A stretch of 64,000 nt of DNA from positions 10,331 to 74,330 of the IMG/VR virus record IMGVR_UViG_2671180604_000001; one strand, 5' to 3'. This document shows positions 38,958 to 47,419 of the stretch, in pieces (the first letter of the stretch is position 1; each line of letters opens with the position of its first letter). The stretch comes from a virus. Lineage: Duplodnaviria; Caudoviricetes. The position numbers and the translations under genes are program-made. Below the pieces are notes generated by a model. The model was not told the DNA's origin, made no database searches, and saw only the letters and a program-made list of their open reading frames with translations.

Positions 38958-38997
38958 CGGAACACTTTAATTTTTGAAATTATTTAGCATTCATAAT
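38958..38997 (+). promoter_or_regulatory. Putative late promoter
   Basis: CGGAAC-N28-CATAAT; CATAATT pairs with AATTATG at the start codon. Confidence 0.62.
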
Positions 38998-39024
38998 TGA
39001 TGTATCTATTAAGATTTGAGAATT

Positions 39025-39675
39025 ATGATGCGTCAAGTCAATCCAATGCTTTTAAATCAAATGAAAGCTGACTCAATAGCTATTCAGCAACTTGGTTCAC
39101 CGATATTGTCCTGTCAAGGTATGTTGGTTCCTCGTGGTTTGGAAGATTACCGTTTTTTAATTAAAAGCTGCCCACGCCCGATTATAAGCAATGAAGATCC
39201 AGCTGAAGTTCAATTCCCTGGTGGATTTACTGGGATTGTGGCTGGACCTCCAAAAACACATTACACAGGGAATTTACAACTCTTGGTCACTGAAGCTGGC
39301 CATGATCAACTTTTCGCTGAATATGTAGTAGCTAGTAAGGGAATAATTGATTGCGATTATTATGATGGGCATTTAAAAAGTTTTACACGAGCTTATGCGC
39401 TTGAAAACTGTGCTATTCGTTTTGAAATGGCTGAGTATGATACAGATAGTCGTTCGCAAGTCATGACTGTTTCTTGTCCTATCGATTTTAACTTTTTTGG
39501 TGGCTTCGCAAATATTGGTAGTAATGGCACTGTATTACCAGGTCTAAAACAAATTGAAGGGGTAGAAGATTTAATTAGCAGAGTTCAAAGTGTAGTGAAT
39601 ACTGCTCAAGCTGTTACTGGTTTAGCTGGGGCAGCTACAGGTCTTACTCGTCAAATTGGTTCGTTATTTGGGTAA
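39025..39675 (+). CDS. Tail tube-like protein
   Basis: Beta-rich, size and context. Confidence 0.5.
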   Translation: MMRQVNPMLLNQMKADSIAIQQLGSPILSCQGMLVPRGLEDYRFLIKSCPRPIISNEDPAEVQFPGGFTGIVAGPPKTHYTGNLQLLVTEAGHDQLFAEYVVASKGIIDCDYYDGHLKSFTRAYALENCAIRFEMAEYDTDSRSQVMTVSCPIDFNFFGGFANIGSNGTVLPGLKQIEGVEDLISRVQSVVNTAQAVTGLAGAATGLTRQIGSLFG

Positions 39676-39680
39676 CTGCT

Positions 39681-40127
39681 ATGCAATTGCTACCTGATGA
39701 TGGCTCTCTTTATCCAAAGGTAATTGCTGGTTCAATAGAAGAACTAGCAATGATCTTTTATCAAAAACTACAAATGAAAGGCTATTCACTTCTAGCTGAA
39801 GACGTGACAAATGCTTTAATTGAAGAAACAAAGCGTTATGCTGGTTGTGCTACCTTGAGATGTCATCGTGGCTCTACAGCTGTAATCACGATTGATAAAA
39901 ACATAGTTCTTGAAGGATTTGAATGGTTCATCATCGAATCTTGCTTTAGTGCAAACTGCGATTTAATCCAAGCTCAGCTTGTTGAAGCATCACGAAGTAT
40001 GGGTGGTGATGGTTTTGGCATGTCAGTGAGTGAAGCTGAACAAGCATTTAATCAAGCCAAAGAGTTAATGCCTAAAAATGCATTTGTGGAACCTCCGTTT
40101 AGTTTTAAAACGTTAGGGGGGAATTGA
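39681..40127 (+). CDS. Putative head-tail adaptor
   Basis: Small helical late protein. Confidence 0.35.
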   Translation: MQLLPDDGSLYPKVIAGSIEELAMIFYQKLQMKGYSLLAEDVTNALIEETKRYAGCATLRCHRGSTAVITIDKNIVLEGFEWFIIESCFSANCDLIQAQLVEASRSMGGDGFGMSVSEAEQAFNQAKELMPKNAFVEPPFSFKTLGGN

Positions 40128-41023
40128 TGCGAATCGCGATATTGGCAACTAACAAACTTATCTCTGCATCTGAATTGATGATTGCAACATTGAGAACTGA
40201 TCTAGTTCCTGTGCCTGTTAGTATCGAATTCGCGGTCAAATATACAAAAGAACTCAATGATCAATTGGTAGATGGCGCGGAAATTATCGTGAATGATATT
40301 CCATATCCATTCGAGATCGTTTATTCACATCCTGTTAAGTCTCAAACGATTAAAGATAATTCTCGAATTGGTGCGATTTCATGTATCGCAGTGTTTAAGG
40401 GTTGTAAAAATATTCTGGAGCAAGCTAAAAAGGCTGTAATTTTGGAGCAGACCTCTTTTAATGCTGTATATCGTGCATGTGGTGCCTCAAATATCCGCTT
40501 AGGTGATGATATTCCTTTACCTGAATTTATTTGTCTCAACGGTAGCTTGATTTCAGAACGTATAGCACTTTATTTACAACAAGAAGCTGCGGTGATTTGT
40601 TTTAAAGATAATAAGATTTGTGTTCTAAAACTGGATTCACTTTTTAAACAAGAAGCCGTACTTAAATTAGATCCTAGTGAAATCCAGTGGTTTAACAGTG
40701 ATCAAATAGAGAAGTTTCAAAAATCCTCATACGTCTCAGTTGATCAAGATGGATCGACAGTAATTGGAGATGATACGACTACAAAAGGGCAATCTGTTAT
40801 TCAGAAAGCTGGTCTTGACTCTCGACAATTGAAGAATCTAGAAAAAGTATTAATACCGCGTGGTGTCGTAAATCGATCAATGAGTTTACAAGTGAATGGC
40901 GGTGATCTAGTCGAAGTCGATAAAAAGAAATATGTCATTTTGACAGCAGCACATGAAGTAGAAACAGGTGCTATAGGTGGCAATGTCGGTTCAACAACAA
41001 AACTTTGGTTAGCAAGTTTATAG
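40127..41023 (+). CDS. Baseplate hub protein (GpD/gp27-like)
   Basis: Directly upstream of the spike gene; C-terminal GD.V....Y.I....H pattern. Confidence 0.55.
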   Translation: MRIAILATNKLISASELMIATLRTDLVPVPVSIEFAVKYTKELNDQLVDGAEIIVNDIPYPFEIVYSHPVKSQTIKDNSRIGAISCIAVFKGCKNILEQAKKAVILEQTSFNAVYRACGASNIRLGDDIPLPEFICLNGSLISERIALYLQQEAAVICFKDNKICVLKLDSLFKQEAVLKLDPSEIQWFNSDQIEKFQKSSYVSVDQDGSTVIGDDTTTKGQSVIQKAGLDSRQLKNLEKVLIPRGVVNRSMSLQVNGGDLVEVDKKKYVILTAAHEVETGAIGGNVGSTTKLWLASL

Positions 41024-41545
41024 GTGGCGATGATGAATGGTTTCAAAAAAGCCAAAATCTTGAGTTACGATGCGCAAGGCAGAACTGCAAAGATTCATAT
41101 ACCAGGTCTTACAGATGGAGCTAGTAATGGATTAACAGCTACTTTTGCCTATCCCGTAGGTGATAGCGACAAAGATACTGAACGCGAAATCTTAGAGGGT
41201 GAGGATGTATATATCTTCTTTGAAAATAATGAACAATCGCGTCCTGTCATCGCCTTTTACAGTAGTCATAGCAAAGAAGCTGTAGTTGACATTCGCCGTA
41301 TTAGACAAGAAAACATTGAAATATTGGCAAGAACAGAAATTACTATGGATGCACCAACTATCCATTTAAAAGGAAAAGTGATAATTGACGGGGATATTGT
41401 CCACACAGGTGATCAAACTACGACAGGGACTATTTCAGCGACTGATGATGTTATTGCAGCAGGTATTTCAGGTAAATCGCATCCTCATACTGGTGTTAGA
41501 GGCGGAACAGATAATAGTGGTCCGCCGTTACCATCTGGAACTTGA
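41024..41545 (+). CDS. Baseplate spike (GpV/gp45-like)
   Basis: OB-fold N-terminus, beta-helix, apex motif GIS...HPHTGV. Confidence 0.8.
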   Translation: MAMMNGFKKAKILSYDAQGRTAKIHIPGLTDGASNGLTATFAYPVGDSDKDTEREILEGEDVYIFFENNEQSRPVIAFYSSHSKEAVVDIRRIRQENIEILARTEITMDAPTIHLKGKVIIDGDIVHTGDQTTTGTISATDDVIAAGISGKSHPHTGVRGGTDNSGPPLPSGT

Positions 41546-41576
41546 TTGATATATCAAACTTATAACAAGCCAAAAT
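41536..41576 (+). promoter_or_regulatory. Putative late promoter (portal)
   Basis: TGGAAC-N30-AAAAT. Confidence 0.65.
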
Positions 41577-41605
41577 AGTTGTAATTGTTAATCTTTGGCG
41601 AATAT

Positions 41606-43147
41606 ATGGCTGCTTCAGACATTTTATCCCTTTTGTTAGGACCAAGTGCGAATAGCATCCCTCAGCAATTGGTTGATGCTAACCAAGAAGTCATGGCGCA
41701 AATGTATGATTCAGTAGCTCCATTTTCACTTGGCACGCATACTACACCTGAAAATAAAAAAAGAACCCGTAAAGAGATTTTGACCAAGTGGGAGCAAATG
41801 CTAAAGTTTGCCCCCGTACCAGAAGGCATCGGTATACATGTCATGGCTGCGCTTGGGGGTGATACGCACAGTGGTCAACAAATTTTTATCACACCAACAG
41901 AGCGATTACGTGGAGAAATTGGAGCAACGGAAAAAGCCCAATTAGAAAAACTAAAAAAGCGAATTAAACCTGTAGAAACCATTATTAATAAATACATTAC
42001 TAAATTATGTTCGGAAGGTATTTCCTTTGGGGATGCCTATGCCCGTGTATATGGCAAAAAGGGAGTAGGTGTTACTGACTTACTTAGTAATGAATATACC
42101 TATGCACCTCAAATACAGGCATTCGAGCAGGGCAGTAAGACAGTCGCTTACTTTGCTCTGAATCCAAAGAACTGGTCCAAAGTCATTACGAAATTAAATG
42201 CCACACAGATGGTACGGATGAAATTGCCACGGATTCAAAATGTACCGCAATTTGATCCAGTAGAAGCTAGTTTAATTTCTCAAATGCTGGAAGGTGACGA
42301 TCCTGAAGAACTACCGATTTTACCAGCGCAAGTTGGTGGCTCTTTTTTGATTGCCATAGAGAAAACCTATGATGATGTCATTCTTGCCTTAACCACGATG
42401 AACAGTCAGCAAGTCGCTGATGCTGTTAATCAAATGTTTCTGACGCTGAACATGGCAGGTATGCCTCCAGCACAACGAGATGCTTATATCCGTGGTCTAG
42501 AGGGAATGCTCAAAGATCATGAGAAGTTCGTAAAAAATGCAATGGAAGGTGGTGAAGGTATTTGGAATACTAAATATCACGTATTACCGACTTGGGATGA
42601 AAAACAGATTCTTAATCCCGTTGGAGATATCAAAGGGCAACGTAATTCACCGGTTAATATTGAAACTTTTATGATTAATGTTCGCTTGCTAATGGGGGGA
42701 ATTGGTCTTGACCCTTCAATGGTTGGGTGGGCTGATATGCTTTCTGGTGGAATTGGAGATGGGGCAGCCTTTCATACGTCAAGTCAGATTATGCGCCGTT
42801 CCATGTATATCAGACAATCAGCCGTTCAATTCGCCAATGATATTATGCACATCGATTGGGGCTATTGTTACAACGAACAATTTGAAGCAGGTGAGCTTGA
42901 TTTTCCATGGCAAATTGAATTTTCTAGTACCCAGTCAGCAGCTGTGACTGAAGAAAATACCAATAAGCAAACTCAAATGAATACATCGCTGCTTAAAATC
43001 CAAGTCATTACCTCCCTTAAAGAATCGGAATTAAGCGAAGAAACCATGCAATATATATTAGAAAAAGATGCTGGTTTTAATTATGACGATTCATGTCGCA
43101 TCGCTGCGGATATTGCGAAATCTCGTAAAAATGCTGGGAGTGAATAA
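41606..43147 (+). CDS. Portal protein
   Basis: ~513 aa; FGDAYARV, GGSFL, G.DPSM.G and W.IEF motifs in portal-like order. Confidence 0.7.
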   Translation: MAASDILSLLLGPSANSIPQQLVDANQEVMAQMYDSVAPFSLGTHTTPENKKRTRKEILTKWEQMLKFAPVPEGIGIHVMAALGGDTHSGQQIFITPTERLRGEIGATEKAQLEKLKKRIKPVETIINKYITKLCSEGISFGDAYARVYGKKGVGVTDLLSNEYTYAPQIQAFEQGSKTVAYFALNPKNWSKVITKLNATQMVRMKLPRIQNVPQFDPVEASLISQMLEGDDPEELPILPAQVGGSFLIAIEKTYDDVILALTTMNSQQVADAVNQMFLTLNMAGMPPAQRDAYIRGLEGMLKDHEKFVKNAMEGGEGIWNTKYHVLPTWDEKQILNPVGDIKGQRNSPVNIETFMINVRLLMGGIGLDPSMVGWADMLSGGIGDGAAFHTSSQIMRRSMYIRQSAVQFANDIMHIDWGYCYNEQFEAGELDFPWQIEFSSTQSAAVTEENTNKQTQMNTSLLKIQVITSLKESELSEETMQYILEKDAGFNYDDSCRIAADIAKSRKNAGSE

Positions 43148-43150
43148 TAG

Positions 43151-43864
43151 ATGGCTATGCACTTAAATATTTCCAAAGGTCGTAATACAAGTGGTGTATG
43201 GACTGGAATGCCAATTGATGAAGCTTTAACGCAATACCAGAAAATTTACAGTTGGGGGACGTTATCCTCATTACATTATGGTGTATGGCTTGAACCATTC
43301 GACGAGGAAGGGAAAATAGCAAAAGAGTCAATCGAGCTGATTGACTCTTACGATTTAACACATCATGAGGCAGGAAATTTCAATGCTTTTGAAAAAGGAG
43401 AAAAAGGATTTTTACCTGGAACTAAAATCGAAAGTATTCCATTGATGGACAACACAAAATTGCCTTGGCTTTGTCAGAGTTTAGATTTATCCGTTTTAGA
43501 TGCTCAAACAGATAGCGTACAAATTGGTACATTCCAACTCAATCACATCACTGGAAATAGTTCGGGTGAAATATCAATTCCCTTCATTGAAACACGTAAT
43601 GCATCAATTCTGAATAGTGCTTTGGCAATAAAAGCGATCATGTTTCCTGAAGGTGAGGATGGAGGGACACAAGCCTTACCAAATGATTATTTGATGCGGT
43701 TGACAATTTACATTTACGACAGACATAGTATTTCTACGCGAGTTTTTGAGATCAAGCATTTAGTAGCTTTGCAAACTGGAAGTATTCCACTAGACGCAAC
43801 TAACAAAAATGGTGTTGGGATCGTTACTTTGAATTTTATTAAGATGTTCCCGATGTTGAAGTAA
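43151..43864 (+). CDS. Tail tube initiator / baseplate tube-like protein
   Basis: Beta-rich tube-fold-like sequence. Confidence 0.4.
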   Translation: MAMHLNISKGRNTSGVWTGMPIDEALTQYQKIYSWGTLSSLHYGVWLEPFDEEGKIAKESIELIDSYDLTHHEAGNFNAFEKGEKGFLPGTKIESIPLMDNTKLPWLCQSLDLSVLDAQTDSVQIGTFQLNHITGNSSGEISIPFIETRNASILNSALAIKAIMFPEGEDGGTQALPNDYLMRLTIYIYDRHSISTRVFEIKHLVALQTGSIPLDATNKNGVGIVTLNFIKMFPMLK

Positions 43865-43979
43865 TAACATAGTAAATAAACACAAATGTTTACAACTAAA
43901 GCTATTAATAATCATAATTGTAATTTATATTTTTAGGTAAGAGTTTTTATTATATAATTTTTTTTAAAAGGATAATTAA

Positions 43980-45038
43980 ATGAAAGTAATAAATATAAAT
44001 GAATTGTCTAATATTTTAGAGCATTCTGATGATTTTACTAAGGAGTTAAGTAAGTATGTAGATGTTGTATATACAGATGATGGTTTTGATTTTGTACCTA
44101 AGGGAAATTTGAAAGTAATTGATGATGATGGTACAGAAATATATAATTTTGAAAATTCACTAATGTTGAAGGACAGAAGAGGATTCGTTTTAAATACTAA
44201 TTCTCAATGGACCTTGGCATCAAAAAGTATATTTAAAAATTCAGCATTTAAAGGAGTATTTAATCCTTTTAAAGATTTTATTATAGATATAGAAAGAAAA
44301 AATAGAATTAAAAAATTCTACTCAAAGAAAAAAAGCGGTAATTACAATAGGATAGTAATTTCATGTGGTGATTCTTGGCTACAGCATCCTTTAAATAAAG
44401 ATATTATCGATGCATTGGAAGAATCCGATAATGATTATGCAATATACTGCATAGCACGTGCTGGAAAAGAGTTACGAGAAATAATTAACGAAAAAGAGTT
44501 TATTTCTCCTCTAAAAACTGAAAAAGCTAGTGCATTTATATTTAGTGCAGGAGGTAATGATATATTAGATGATGTATCCCTATTTGTTCATAATTTTGAT
44601 GTAAATAAATCACCTAGAGAACATTTAAATCAAGACTATTTTAATAAACTTGATCAGTTGAAATATTGGTATAAAGAGGTTTTCTTGAGTGTCATTCAAT
44701 ACAGTAAATCAATCGATAAAATAATTGTACATAGTTATGATTATCCAATACCTGTAAGCCACAATGATGGGCGATCTGGAAATTGGATTGGAAAAAAGTT
44801 AGACGAAAAGCGTAATATTAAAGATAGATCTTTACAAAAGAAAATTATTACAGAGGTGATTAATGATATTTATGCAATATTGCATGAATTATCTACATCG
44901 AAAGAGTTTTTGGATAAAATAATTCTATTAGATTTTAGAGGGAAATTCACTAAAGCATCAGAATGGTTTGATGAAATTCACCCGAATAAGTCTAGTAATA
45001 AAATTCTGGCTAATATTATTGCAAATCAAATTTCTTAA
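43980..45038 (+). CDS. SGNH/GDSL hydrolase (moron)
   Basis: GDSW, SAGGND, DEIHP blocks; no signal peptide. Confidence 0.85.
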   Translation: MKVININELSNILEHSDDFTKELSKYVDVVYTDDGFDFVPKGNLKVIDDDGTEIYNFENSLMLKDRRGFVLNTNSQWTLASKSIFKNSAFKGVFNPFKDFIIDIERKNRIKKFYSKKKSGNYNRIVISCGDSWLQHPLNKDIIDALEESDNDYAIYCIARAGKELREIINEKEFISPLKTEKASAFIFSAGGNDILDDVSLFVHNFDVNKSPREHLNQDYFNKLDQLKYWYKEVFLSVIQYSKSIDKIIVHSYDYPIPVSHNDGRSGNWIGKKLDEKRNIKDRSLQKKIITEVINDIYAILHELSTSKEFLDKIILLDFRGKFTKASEWFDEIHPNKSSNKILANIIANQIS

Positions 45039-45053
45039 AAATTAGTTTAGTGA

Positions 45054-45094
45054 TGGAACTAGTCAGGTTTCTTAAACTTTCATAATGAAATAAT
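45054..45094 (+). promoter_or_regulatory. Putative late promoter
   Basis: TGGAAC-N30-ATAAT; hairpin 45095-45121 covers the GAGG RBS. Confidence 0.7.
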
Positions 45095-45129
45095 TGCCTC
45101 AATCAGAAAAATATTGAGGCATTTTTTAA

Positions 45130-47031
45130 ATGCGAAATATCGACATATTTACTTTATTACATGAACCACATACCAGTCGTTTAGTACAGGGATTTGATTC
45201 TGTAAATAGTGGTGCTTGTTCAATTGGATTGATCAAAGGGCAATATCGTCAGCTCAATGCGATTGTTGCAGAGTCTGCAACGGAAGAAGATCAGTGGCGT
45301 ATTGTCAATTTAAAGGGTTCAATCAATAGCATTGCAGCGTTTGATTCAGTTGCCGTTTTAGGTGCAGTTGATAATGACCATGCAAGTGCATTAGCACAAA
45401 TGCAGTTTGGACGTATGTTCGATGCCATTGAAAATGATGTAATTGAAACCAATACAAATGGTCTCTTACGCCATTTAGCCACATCACAATTTCATAAGAA
45501 TATGCAACTTATTCATCGAGATCATTTAGTCGCATTGCAAGACATTCCATGTGCTGTATTACCAGGTTGGGACAGTATTGAACTTACAACACATGAAGGA
45601 AAAACAGCAAATCTGCTATTAGACATGCAACTTCATGATGACAATACAGAACTATTATCTAGTTTTGATGGTTTAGCCAATTTGCTTGAATCAATTGGAG
45701 CAGAACACCCTGATTTTGATTCAATCATTGTTGAGTATCAATATCTCGATAAATTAATGAATATGCTGCATACAGCCATGCAAACAGCGTCTAAAGGCGG
45801 TGTAAAGGTTCTAAATGTAGATCGTAGTGAAAAGCCATTTCGACACAAAAAAGTGCTGAATGTCGCCGTTTCATATGATTTTGAAGATGGGCAATCCATT
45901 ACGATTCTATTCCATAATCCTGATCGTGACGCAAAACGGATTTCGCCACAAGACACTTTATTGTCGTGGAAGATTCTCATGAATAAGCGTGATGTAACAG
46001 GCGTGATTCAGCCAAACCAAGGTGAGGGTATTGCATTACCTGTACTTGCTGGGCGTGTTGTTAAATTGATTAATCAGAACAGCGCACGGTTTAAACGTAC
46101 TCAGGCTAAGAAAGCCGAAAGTGCGCAAACTTTAGCTGATACCGAACAACGTATTGCAGATAAGCAAAATCAAAAGACGGCATTATCTTCAGAAATTCAG
46201 GGGCTACTTGATCAAATTGATGGATTAAATAAGCAAAATAATGGTCAAGCTCCAAATGTTGATACTGGTGCGGTGGATAATGCTGCACAATCTGTAAATA
46301 CAAAAGCTGTGACCAAAGCTGAAGCTCGTCAAATTTATGATGTTTTAAGTACAAGTCACCGTTGGTTGACTGGTGGTACCACTGAAGAATTCTATAACCA
46401 GAATTATCCTACTGGAATAGATGAAGCGCTTATAGATGCAAAAAACCTTCTTGAACGTCCATTTGGAAAAGTTGCTTTGGCAAATGGATTAAAAGATTCA
46501 ATTGAACGAATGATTGCAACTGTAGAAAATACAATTGAACGCTGGAATAAAGGTTTAAGTGAAGATTCATCAAAAGCCAAAACCTATCCGCCTATTGAGG
46601 ACTTAGGTGATGGTTATTACAAAGCCTTCAAAAATGATAAAAAACTTGATGATTGGACAGCCCATATCAATACATATGGCGAATGGCAAGTATCAGCAAA
46701 TAATGCTTCATCTCGTGCTTGGAACAATGGCTATGGGGCACCTCGATTCTTTAAAACACTTGATGAAATGATTGCTAAGTATCCAGCATTTGCTGCATTA
46801 CCTGCAATGTTACCAACAGAGGATAATGCAAACGATAATAGCAATAATGATGATGCAGAATATTTGAATAAAGTCATTAAAGGTGAGGTTGATTTCTCAA
46901 ATGCAAGTGAAGTTGAAACTCAACTAGAAACTATTGGTGGGCGTTTAACGTCTGAAACAAATGATTTATTTGAACAAGCTGTTTCAGCTTATTCGATGTA
47001 TCAAGTAAACCAAGCTGCATCGGTCAATTAA
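45130..47031 (+). CDS. DarA-like internal head protein
   Basis: F.DGQSITI.FHNPD...W...NKRDVT..I.P..G...NS.RF.R DarA_N-type domain followed by coiled coil. Confidence 0.75.
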   Translation: MRNIDIFTLLHEPHTSRLVQGFDSVNSGACSIGLIKGQYRQLNAIVAESATEEDQWRIVNLKGSINSIAAFDSVAVLGAVDNDHASALAQMQFGRMFDAIENDVIETNTNGLLRHLATSQFHKNMQLIHRDHLVALQDIPCAVLPGWDSIELTTHEGKTANLLLDMQLHDDNTELLSSFDGLANLLESIGAEHPDFDSIIVEYQYLDKLMNMLHTAMQTASKGGVKVLNVDRSEKPFRHKKVLNVAVSYDFEDGQSITILFHNPDRDAKRISPQDTLLSWKILMNKRDVTGVIQPNQGEGIALPVLAGRVVKLINQNSARFKRTQAKKAESAQTLADTEQRIADKQNQKTALSSEIQGLLDQIDGLNKQNNGQAPNVDTGAVDNAAQSVNTKAVTKAEARQIYDVLSTSHRWLTGGTTEEFYNQNYPTGIDEALIDAKNLLERPFGKVALANGLKDSIERMIATVENTIERWNKGLSEDSSKAKTYPPIEDLGDGYYKAFKNDKKLDDWTAHINTYGEWQVSANNASSRAWNNGYGAPRFFKTLDEMIAKYPAFAALPAMLPTEDNANDNSNNDDAEYLNKVIKGEVDFSNASEVETQLETIGGRLTSETNDLFEQAVSAYSMYQVNQAASVN

Positions 47032-47044
47032 GGAAAAGCTTTAA

Positions 47045-47362
47045 ATGAATGGCTTAGAGAAGTTAAAACTTACGAAAGAATTACGTACTTTACTTGAGCA
47101 GATCCCGAATCTAAAAGGAATGGAGAAACTTCAAAGCGCTAAGCGATTACGTGAACTGCTTGAGTTGCTTGGTGGAAAGTCTAATGAGGCCGTGAATAAG
47201 CTGTTTCAGTCTATCATTGACGGTGATGTCAAAGTTTCTGTTGAGCTACTACAAAATGTTCGTAGTGAAGCCGAGAAAAACTTAGATGACCCACTATTAC
47301 TTGAGGCGGTAAATGTCTTGATAGCTCAAGTTAATGAGATAGTTGGAACTGAGCAAGCTTAG
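47045..47362 (+). CDS. Small helical protein of the Dar-like cluster
   Basis: Internal repeat GLEKL..TK.LR.LL / GMEKL..AK.LR.LL. Confidence 0.65.
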   Translation: MNGLEKLKLTKELRTLLEQIPNLKGMEKLQSAKRLRELLELLGGKSNEAVNKLFQSIIDGDVKVSVELLQNVRSEAEKNLDDPLLLEAVNVLIAQVNEIVGTEQA

Positions 47363-47384
47363 ACAAGCAATAAGCTTTCAAAAT
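47344..47384 (+). promoter_or_regulatory. Putative late promoter
   Basis: TGGAAC-N30-AAAAT; hairpin 47380-47405. Confidence 0.68.
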
Positions 47385-47419
47385 AGTCCTTAAATGGGCT
47401 ATTTTTTTGAGTTTTATCT

